A stretch of DNA of 64,000 bases. It comes from Octopus vulgaris. Lineage: Eukaryota. Positions 53,608-64,000 of this stretch are shown here, piece after piece. A program made the translations under genes and the position numbers. Location: assembly GCA_951406725.2 (NCBI GenBank), contig OX597828.1, forward strand, positions 46,438,001 through 46,502,000, written 5' to 3'. Position 1 is the stretch's first letter. Each line of letters starts with the position of its first letter. Under the pieces are notes generated by a model, which was not told the origin of the DNA, did not search any database, and was given only the letters and a program-made list of their open reading frames with translations.

Positions 53608-54597
53608 GCGCGTGAGTGAGCGTGTGTGAATATTTTAGTCACAGATTCTGAACTCAGAAATTGAGAACGCTACGATCAGAATCTAAAAATGTTGCATCGG
53701 CAAGAGCGTAGTGTCATTGTTATAACACGAGGCCATTGCCCAGCTGATTTCGCTGTTTATATTTGTGGAAATCTGGAACAACGTTTCCTTCTCTGAGTTT
53801 ATCAATTATTTATGTCTTATATTAACGTGTATTTGTTGGTGTTAATTTGCACCAATTAAACGCTGATGTTATAGATAAATTAAAAAGGATTTCTAAGGCA
53901 TAAACATATCGAGGTTGTGTGTGGGTATCTCCAGCTATGCCAGATAATCTAGTGTTTGTCTAATATTTTCTACGGGTATTACTTCCTTTAGATGACGAAT
54001 CAAAATATTCCGCATCAAACCCACTTAAATATTTTGTAAAGGTATTCAAAGGATGGTGAAATATATTGTTAATTCTAAGTACCCTCTCAAATCTGCGAAG
54101 AGGTTTAACCCGCAATGACAGTGTACACAATGCAAAAGTGGGAAATATTAATATAACCCGTATCTTCTTTTCAGGTGGTGGTTTGTGGGGCGGGGGTAAG
54201 GATCATACGTCTAATAATCTCGATAAATGATTAGATATTTCGTCGGATATCTCTAACTGCATGTGGGTATATGTTCATAAAGGTGAATATCTAAATTATT
54301 CATGTAGAAATCTATAACATAAAAAGCCATTATAATCACTGGTTTGAAGTATTACTTTCAAATGTTGGCTCATGGCTAACAATTTCGGAAGACGGGTAAA
54401 TCTATCACATCGACACCAGTCCTCAACTAATATTTTCCATGCTAATGCATGGCTAAGTCGACATTGGCGGAATTTGAACAGAATTGCTTCCGTTACATAT
54501 TACTACAATGTGTGTGTGTGTGTGCGCGTGGGAACGTGTGTGTGTGTTCATATACTCATGTTTTGAGTTCTGTTTTGCCTATTTGCATCAGAAAACC

Positions 54598-54664
<67 letters not shown>

Positions 54665-54864
54665 GTGTGTGTATGTATGTAGGTATGTATGTATGTATGT
54701 ATGTATGTATGTATGTATGTATATATGTATGTATGTATGTAGTAATGAGAAACCGATTGAGAAAAATTAGCCTGTTATTTACTGATGAAAGTACTCATTA
54801 CCAGCGCTAGAACGTAATTCAAAAGGTTTCATTATATACGTATATATGTATTTACATACATACC

Positions 54865-54914
<50 letters not shown>

Positions 54915-54935
54915 TGTGTGTTTGTGTATGCATAC

Positions 54936-54980
<45 letters not shown>

Positions 54981-55715
54981 AGTATATGTATATATGTATA
55001 TATATATACATACTAAATATATATATTTTTGTATATATACATACATATATATATATATATATGACAACCTTCGTGCAGCACCTTCCAGCACCAGTTTCTC
55101 TACATTTCAACCACATGTGATTGTAGCTTTATTCTTTCAAAATTAGTATTTTCTACCAAAATATTAGGGCATCATGAAGCGTACTAACGTATAAGTTTAC
55201 ATGTTTTCCTTTTTGAATTTTTTATTTTTCTATTTATACTTAATCTTTGGCCGACTGAATCTCTTAGTCTTTCGAAACCCTTTGGAAAATTATGAGATGG
55301 ATAAAATTAGCGTCTGACTAAAATACGTGCATTTTTTGGTATGTTCGACTAAAATTCTTTAATATCGATAATGCAGTTACTTGAAGTAGTGTAAAAGTAC
55401 CAGAATAAAGAATACGAGTTTTGGTAATCAAAATGTTCTGATTTTTCCTAGATGTGTGCACTTTCAGCCGATATCTAGAATAACCTCCTGGGAATTTAGA
55501 TTTCGTCGTTAATGTACGTAGAAAATTAAATAATACACTAGCAAGGCTTCAGTCCTTCAACTGAAAGTAGTTAAGAAGAAATACAAATATAGGCTTCAGT
55601 TTTTAATTCGATACTAGTATATTTTTCTAGAGATTCCCTGACAATTTCTCTGATTGTAACTCCTTGAGTGTGAATATGCAAGGCTTCCTCTAATCAACAT
55701 CCTCTTTCATTTCAG

Positions 55716-55848
55716 GGACCTGACTAGTTCTGGATTATTTTGAGCATCCACACAAACGACTATTCACCTCTTAGTCGCACTTTATGGAGAATAAAACCGG
55801 AGAAAACACATTTTTCTTCTTTTTGCATTGGTTCGTATTCATGGCATG
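55716..55848 (+). other. Candidate exon with possible start codon
   Basis: CTAAT branch-like site, CCTCTTTCATTTCAG acceptor, ATG|GTGAGT donor; ATG 55784 gives MENKTGENTFFFFLHWFVFMA. Confidence 0.25.
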
Positions 55849-55995
55849 GTGAGTAGCTTTACTGAATCTAACACGGAATGGGAATAGATCACGTAAGTTG
55901 TGGAATATGGGTTTTGCAAAGGTTTTCCGATACGATAAGGCACTTCAGCCTTATATTTACAATTTGAAATTTTGGTTTTTACTAATCAGAATTAA

Positions 55996-55996
<1 letters not shown>

Positions 55997-56046
<50 letters not shown>

Positions 56047-56072
56047 GCATTATCATTATCATTATTATTATA

Positions 56073-56146
<74 letters not shown>

Positions 56147-56154
56147 CATTATTA

Positions 56155-56190
<36 letters not shown>

Positions 56191-56235
56191 CATTATTATT
56201 ATTATTATCATTATTATCATCATCATCATCATTAT
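55997..56235 (+). repeat. (ATT)n/(ATC)n microsatellite
   Basis: Direct observation. Confidence 0.95.
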
Positions 56236-56467
56236 GATTCTTTCAGTTGAAAATTCTTCATTTTTTTTGGCTTCAAATTACTTCAGTCAGGAGTCTGTGG
56301 CCATACTAGGGCACCGCCTTGAATGATGTGAGTCGAAGGAAACTCCCTCGGTACGTTTCTTTTATATATAAGCTAGTACTTATTACATCCGTATTATTTG
56401 CCGAGCTGCTGGTTTACGGGAACTTAAACACATCAATACCAGTCTTTAAGCGGTGATGATGGACACA

Positions 56468-56502
<35 letters not shown>

Positions 56503-56835
56503 CACACCACACAAAACACTTGCCCAATCAAAGTGCTGCGCACGGGAAATGAACTAGGAAGAATGTCGTTGGGAGGCAACCTTCTTACCACATAGCCACT
56601 CCTATGTACTTTCAACTTGCTGTTCATTATACAATTTGCTCTAAAATAAAATCCAAAGACCATTCTTAACAGAGGTTTTATAAGGGATGTTAGATGGAAC
56701 ATGTGTGGGAGGGTGCAGATAATATCAGACTTAGCAATTTTTTTTAACCAGGACAAAACCTCGGCAAGATTTGTGTTGAAATTCGTATATTTTTAACCTA
56801 ATGCCACATTGATGGCATGCGCTGCTCTCCCACTC

Positions 56836-56901
<66 letters not shown>

Positions 56902-56905
<4 letters not shown>

Positions 56906-57459
56906 GCCCTGATGCTGTACCAGGCAGTGGCTCTCATGGCTTCTGATCTTAACTGATTGGAAGTGTTATCATGTACATTGTTTTGTCTTGGTATAAAAGA
57001 TGGGCTACAGCAAATATTCTGCTCAATACCACAGATTTGCTTGTCAGTTGTTTGACCTTAACCAGTTGAGCATGTCCCTTAGTGGCTGACGATATGTGCA
57101 TCTCTGATCATGAGCAGAAGTAGTGGGGGAGCATCATAGCCATGTGTTGAGAGGGATTCTTTGGGGTTTGAATAGTTCACCTTTGGAAACATGGGTGGTT
57201 CTTTCAACATCCTTAAACAACCCTTATTCAGGGACCGTTTGAGCGGGATGGGCTACTCAACCTGAAGAAAATTCTAACTGGGCCCCACCCGCAAGGTCAT
57301 GTGCTGTTTATCTTGATATGAGATCACCATGTCGCGCACATATGGTTGTGATGCATGTGCCTGGTGTACCTTTATCAGACGGGTAGTCATGATGGGTATA
57401 TTGGGCTTCGTATATTTTACCCCAGTGTCACTTTGATGGCATGAACTGCTCTCTCACTC
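56902..57459 (+). mobile_element. ~560-bp non-coding element flanked by (AAT)n
   Basis: Starts AAATGCCCTGATG, ends CTCTCTCACTC|AATAAT; further copies at 57472-57985, 62841-63169 and a 3' stub at 56782-56835. Confidence 0.85.
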
Positions 57460-57471
57460 AATAATAATAAT

Positions 57472-57985
57472 AAATGCCCCATATGCAGTACAACTGAACA
57501 GAAGTTTTATCATGTACATTGCGTTGTCTTGGTATTAAAGATGGGCTACAGCAAATAGTCTGCTCAATACCACAGATTTGCTTGTCAGTTGTTTGACCGT
57601 AACAAGTTGAGCATGTCCCTTAGTGACTGACCATATGTGCATCTCGGATCATTAGTAGAAGTAGTAGGAGAGCATCGTAGCCATATGATGAGAGGGATTT
57701 TTGTGGTTTGAATAATTCACCTTTGGAAACATGGGTGTTTCATTCAACATCCTTAACAAGCCTTATTCAGGGAACTTTTGAGCGGAATGGGCTACTCGAC
57801 CCGAAGAAAATTCTAAATGGTTCCCACCTACAAGGTCATGCGCTGTTTATCTTGGTATAAAATCACCATGTCGAGCACATGTGTTTGAGATGCATGCGCC
57901 CGATGTAGTCTTATCAGACAGGTAATTATGATGGGTATATTTGTAACCCAGTGTCAGTTTGATGGCATACGCTCCTCTCTCACTC
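57472..57985 (+). mobile_element. Second, more diverged tandem copy of the (AAT)n element
   Basis: Colinear with 56902-57459 apart from small deletions. Confidence 0.85.
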
Positions 57986-58024
<39 letters not shown>

Positions 58025-58169
58025 GAAACAACAACAACAATTGTGATTGCAAATATAATAGCAATAATATTATGAAATTCTCATAACATCAACAAAAACA
58101 ACATGAAAAACAGCAATATCATTATTATTATCATCATCATCATTATTATTACTATCATTATTATTATTA

Positions 58170-58215
<46 letters not shown>

Positions 58216-58492
58216 TATTATTACTATTATTATTACTATTATTTTGTTGTTGTTGATGATGTTTTTGTTGTTGTTCGTCGTCGTCTTGTGGCTATTATTA
58301 TTCAATTCGTCCGAGGTCGACTTTGCCGTCTATCATTCGGGGTCGATGAAATAAGTACCAGTGACACACTGGGTCGATGTAGTCGACTAACCCCTCCTCC
58401 AAGATTTCTAAGGTCTTGTGCCTTTATGAGAAATGATTATTATTATTATCATCATCATTATTGTTATTATTATTATTATTATTTTTATTATA

Positions 58493-58539
<47 letters not shown>

Positions 58540-58574
58540 CATTATTATTATTTTTATTATGATTATTATTGTTA

Positions 58575-58649
<75 letters not shown>

Positions 58650-58767
58650 TGACAACATATATAGGAAAAATGTAACGAATTGAAGAGAAATGGGAAAAAT
58701 AAATACACATAAATGTGCTAAAGTGAGTGTATATGACTGTATATATATAAGTGTGTGTGTGTGTGTG

Positions 58768-58811
<44 letters not shown>

Positions 58812-59105
58812 TATTTATAGAAATGGTTGTATGGTTTGTACTCTATTATATCGTCCCAAGAAGGTGGACTCGCTCAGTCAACATCGTTAGAATTTCACTC
58901 TCTTAAAAAATGATTGGTTATTAATGATGAAATAACGATGTATTAATGATGAGGAATAATTTCCCATATAAAATCGGGCAATTATGATGCCGATTGCTTC
59001 ATAAGTAATATTTAAGTAGAAGTAATACAATAAAATGCCTGTAAGCAAATATCTGTATGAGCGTGTAGACATATATACATATATGTGTGTGTGTGTGTAT
59101 GTGTG

Positions 59106-59245
<140 letters not shown>

Positions 59246-59336
59246 TAAATATATACATATGTTTCGACATATGTATACTATTAATATACATACGTATTAC
59301 ATATATGGGTGTGTATATATATATATATATATACAT

Positions 59337-59500
59337 CCGTCTTCCCTTCTTTGGACTTTTTCTATATTTCGGATGAAGAGCTCCGCTCGAAATGTCGAAT
59401 CCTCTCTCTGTTCTTTTCTTTCCTGAGCGTCCAATAACACTGTACTTATACCACGTCCTCGCGTTGTTGTCTTTTCTTGCATGTTCATGTTTGGATTAAC
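59337..59500 (+). mobile_element. Family H3 copy with mutated hammerhead
   Basis: ATTT-CGGATGA(59370)-A-GAGC-TCC-GCTC-GAAA-TG-TC-GAAT; ends TTTGGATTAAC. Confidence 0.75.
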
Positions 59501-60013
59501 TACGTACGTATATATATATATAAGAAGACCAATAATTTGTCTTCCTGCGGGGTCGAGATAGTCAATTCTACCGTTGGCGGCACAATTCCCGGCAACTCCA
59601 TTTAATTGAACAATGCGATTATTACATCATTTTAAAATCAGAGCAATTTTCAATTGCACACATCATAGAAGTTAATTAGATATAATAGTAACTTCTAAAC
59701 TGGAGTTTGGACAGAATGTTCTTTTCCTATCTCCTTAACTTCTTGGAGATTTTAGGTATAAATATACTAATGTGTCCATCTGTTCTAATTTAATGATATT
59801 GTATGTCTCTCTGCAGCTGAAGATTGCTTTGCATTTTAAATTGATGTAATGATTGCATTGTTCAATTAAATGTTCTATTAAATGATATCCTTGTTGCTTA
59901 TTTTCATTTTAATCACATTACTTTGAAATTGTACGGATAATACCGTACTAAATTCTGGTGCCTCAACTTAAGTACCATGTTCATGTGAATCTAAATTTTT
60001 ACACACACACACG

Positions 60014-60076
<63 letters not shown>

Positions 60077-60214
60077 ATGCATATATATATATATATATAT
60101 ACATATATATATACATATATATATGCATGTATATCTATCTATCTATATATATATATAGAGAGAGATATATACATATATATATATATAAGTATGTATATAT
60201 ATATATATGTATAG

Positions 60215-60280
<66 letters not shown>

Positions 60281-61143
60281 GCATGTATATATGTATATAT
60301 ATATATGTATATATATATTACAGATTTAAGGGTTTATCAACAAGTTGCTTCATCACATTCCGAAAATTTAGAAATAGCAGCCAAAACACCACTATTTCTT
60401 TTTTGTAGGAAAAATAAAACAACCGATAAAATAAGTACTAGGCATTAAAGATAAATAAATACTGGGTTGACTTATTGGACAAGAAATTCTCCAATGATGT
60501 ACACCAGTATGGCCTGAGTTTAACGACTGTAACAAATGAAAGATGAAAGTTACACACACAAACACACACACATACATACGCACAGACACACACACAAAAA
60601 CACACACACATCCACACACACAGACACACGCAAACACACAAACACATACACACTCACACATACATATACCCGTAAAAACCACGCACTCACACACACATAC
60701 ACACACAAACACCCGTCACACACTCACACACACGTATCTATATATAAGTACATATACACATAGTTTCACACTCCTTCAATAATGGAAAAGATACAAATCT
60801 AAAAGACAAAAATAATATTTTTAAAAAAAACGCTTAAATAAAACAAAATAACAAGACCATTAAAGCAGACCACTTATGATTGTACTTATGTTGACTGACT
60901 TATATGTCAATAAGTTTGACCTGGTTTTGGAACCTCTTAACAAAGCGATTTCTTAAAGCGGAAATCGAATAATTGCAAACATTTGCTAACATCAGACTTC
61001 CAGCGTTAATTAATCGCAACTAAGGAACTCTGCTTAATTGTAAAAGAAAAATAATATTTCCTCAAAAAAAAAAAAAAAAAAAAAGATTTCGATGTTGGGA
61101 TCTATAAGAGAACAACGATTGTATGCTTTTGAGTAAATATCTG

Positions 61144-61213
<70 letters not shown>

Positions 61214-61645
61214 TGTGAGTGTTTGTGTGGGTGGGTGTTTGTATTGTGAACTTTTGTATACGTTTTGAAGATTTGAGCTCCCAGTTCTTCGATGAAGTAT
61301 ACGTTGCATTCTGCAGAAATGTGTCGTCTGAGAGTGCTTTTGAAAAAGCAAAAATCAATATTATGCCGTGTACCATGATAACTACGTTCAATTAGGTGTT
61401 AATAAGCTAATTACTCGTTGTCAATTACGTGCAGATATTTGCCAAAACGGTACCTGTTTGGCGAGCAGCAGGTAATCATTTGTCTGCTGATTTCTACAAA
61501 CGAGAGTTCGTGGGCTTCTTTTGATTCATCGATCCGGTGCGGTAGCATTTCGATGCAAGAGTATCGAAATACCACGGTGCATTGAAGTCCTCTTGCAGCA
61601 GCAGCGGTTAACCGACGAAACACAAATTTTACACAGGTAGATAAG

Positions 61646-61912
61646 TTTCTTTATTGGCCACACAGGGCTGCAGACAGATGGGACAAGTTACAAGGTAGAG
61701 CTTTTCTTTTTGGGAGAAAAAAAAAAAGGTGGCGTAGGTTTTCGATCAAAGGATCGGAAAAGGGAAAGAAGAACAAAAAAAAGAAAAAAAGAAAAAAAGG
61801 AAAAGAAAAAAAAGAAATAAAGTAATAAAAAAAGAAAAGAAAAAAAGAAAAAAGGGGAAAAAAGAAAAGAAAAATGAAAAAAGAAGAAAAAAGGAGGAGA
61901 GGGGAAAAAAGG

Positions 61913-61920
<8 letters not shown>
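61646..61920 (-). mobile_element. Probable LINE 3' UTR (polypyrimidine tract, AATAAA)
   Basis: Minus strand ends CCTTGTAACTTGTCCCATCTGTCTGCAGCCCTGTGTGGCCAATAAAGAAA. Confidence 0.5.
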
Positions 61921-61943
<23 letters not shown>

Positions 61944-61979
61944 GCGGATAGATAGATAGCTAGATAGACAGACAGGTAT

Positions 61980-62044
<65 letters not shown>

Positions 62045-62749
62045 CAGATAGATATGCGTGTATATAACTTTTCATATAAATATATAGAGTACAGTCAGAA
62101 AGACTAAGATCGACACACAGACACTTCCTTATATACATACATATACAATAATGAATGTGTGTGTGAATGTTTATGTGCGTGTGTGTCTATATACACACCC
62201 ATGCACAAACACATGATTTTAAGGGGAGCTGTATATGTGTGAGTGTGCGTGTATGTGTGTGTGTATACATACATATATATACTTACATATACGCATATAC
62301 ATATATGCGTATATAGATACACGCATACACGCATGCACATACACACACACAAACACGCGCACATACACAAATACACACACACACACTGGAGACTAAAATC
62401 ATTCCACTCAATTTATTTCTTTCACTTTTCTCCCAGCATTAAATGAACTTCAAAGGTTTTGCAAGCGGGAAATTCTTGAAGCCAATTCCATTGACCATAT
62501 CGAAGTAGGAAACTATAAAATTTATATTAAATTTCAAGATATTTGAACGCAACTCTTCAAGTGGTCCAAGATATCATATTTATCGTATTTATTCATTACG
62601 CCATCGCTGGTTTCACTCACTAGAGTACGCCATGTTGGGGCTTCATCTTGAAAGATTTTACTGCTCGCAATACTTATTCCGGTGCACATTTGATAGGAAA
62701 TTTCTTTTCACGAATGTTGGAGATTTCATTATCCGATAATTACTACTAC

Positions 62750-62840
<91 letters not shown>

Positions 62841-63169
62841 GAGTGAGAGAGCAGTTCATGCCATCAAAGTGAACGAAGCCCAATATACCCATCATGACTA
62901 CCCGTCTGATAAAGGTACATCAGGCACATGCATCACAACCATATGTGCGCGACATGGTGATCTCATATCAAGATAAACAATGCATGACCTTGCAGGTGGG
63001 GCCCAGTTAGAATTTTCTTCAGGTTGAGTAGCCCATCCCGCTCAAACGGTCCCTGAATAAGGGTTTGTTTAAGGATGTTGAAAGAACCACCCATGTTTCC
63101 AGAGGTGAACTATTCAAACCCCAAAGAATCCCTCACAACACATGGCTATGATGCTCCCCCACTACTTCT
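62841..63169 (-). mobile_element. 5'-truncated copy of the (AAT)n element
   Basis: Reverse complement of ~57115-57459, embedded in (ATT)n. Confidence 0.85.
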
Positions 63170-63171
63170 TC

Positions 63172-63224
<53 letters not shown>

Positions 63225-63261
63225 GTTGTTGTTGTTGTTGTTGTTATTATTATTATTGTTA

Positions 63262-63302
<41 letters not shown>

Positions 63303-63340
63303 GTTATTGTTATTATTGTTATTATTATTATTATTATTAT

Positions 63341-63760
63341 TTACTCTTTTACTCTTTTACTTGTTTCAGTCAGTTGACTGTGGCCATGCTGTAGCATCGC
63401 GTGTAGTCGAGCAAATCGACCCCAGGGCTTATTCTTTGTAAACCTAGTACTTATTCTATCGGGCTCTTGTGCCGAACTTCTAAGTTACGGGTCATAAACA
63501 CACCAGCATCGGTTATCAAGCGATGTTGTGGGGACAAACACAGACACTCAAACATATGCACACACATACATATATTCATATATATACATACATATATACC
63601 ACTGGCTTCTTTCAGTTTCCGTCTACCAAATCCACTCACAAGGCTTTGGTTGGCACGTGGCTACAGTAGAAGACACTTGGCCAACGTGCCACGTAATGGG
63701 ACTGAACCCGGAACCATGTGGTTTGTAAGCAAGCTACTTACCACACAGCCACTCCTACCC
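63341..63760 (-). mobile_element. SINE family A
   Basis: Matches family A. Confidence 0.85.
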
Positions 63761-63784
63761 CTATGTTTATTGTTATTATTATCC

Positions 63785-63834
<50 letters not shown>

Positions 63835-64000
63835 GTTATTATTGTTATTATTATTATTATTATTTGTTGGAAATTCACAACTTATTTTGTTAGGTGCGAT
63901 GGAAAGTGTCAGCTTGTGACATTTGTTTACTGGTCATGCTTCAAGAACATTGCGAAGAATTCTTGCAGTTCCAAGCAATGCTGAATTTTGTAGGTGTTCT

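Noticed and set aside
57261-57290. CTGAAGA inside the (AAT)n element
   Set aside because: No downstream stem II and GAAA; the second copy reads CCGAAGA
61435-61471. AG..GT-bounded segment reading DICQNGTCL (EGF-like look) and a nearby 10-bp hairpin at ~61547-61570
   Set aside because: Weak polypyrimidine tract, too short, and joining it to the 55848 donor creates TGA

Overview
Eukaryotic, extremely repeat-rich DNA, intronic or intergenic. The 5S rRNA type and the SINE families point to a cephalopod, most likely Octopus (inference). Almost all listed ORFs are translations of (TA)n, (TG)n, (TATG)n or (AAT)n microsatellites, and no intact protein-coding gene is supported. Identifiable content: three tRNA-headed SINE families (called A, B and C here) in many copies; a 5S rRNA pseudocopy; two non-autonomous Helitrons; a decayed full-length mariner; an internally deleted Tc1/mariner element; remnants of Penelope-like (PLE), CR1-type and RTE retroelements; and a ~560-bp element sitting in (AAT)n tracts. 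The most striking signal is absent from the ORF track: about a dozen minimal type-I hammerhead ribozyme (HHR) motifs (CUGANGA...GAAA-short palindrome-UH). They lie in at least five sequence-unrelated short elements, mostly in or beside AT-rich microsatellites. They include a compensatory stem change between two copies, a U3-A8 core variant, a near-perfect fold-back palindrome, and a tRNA-like head plus HHR lying inverted next to a PLE reverse transcriptase. All motifs were read by eye; boundaries of degenerate copies are approximate.
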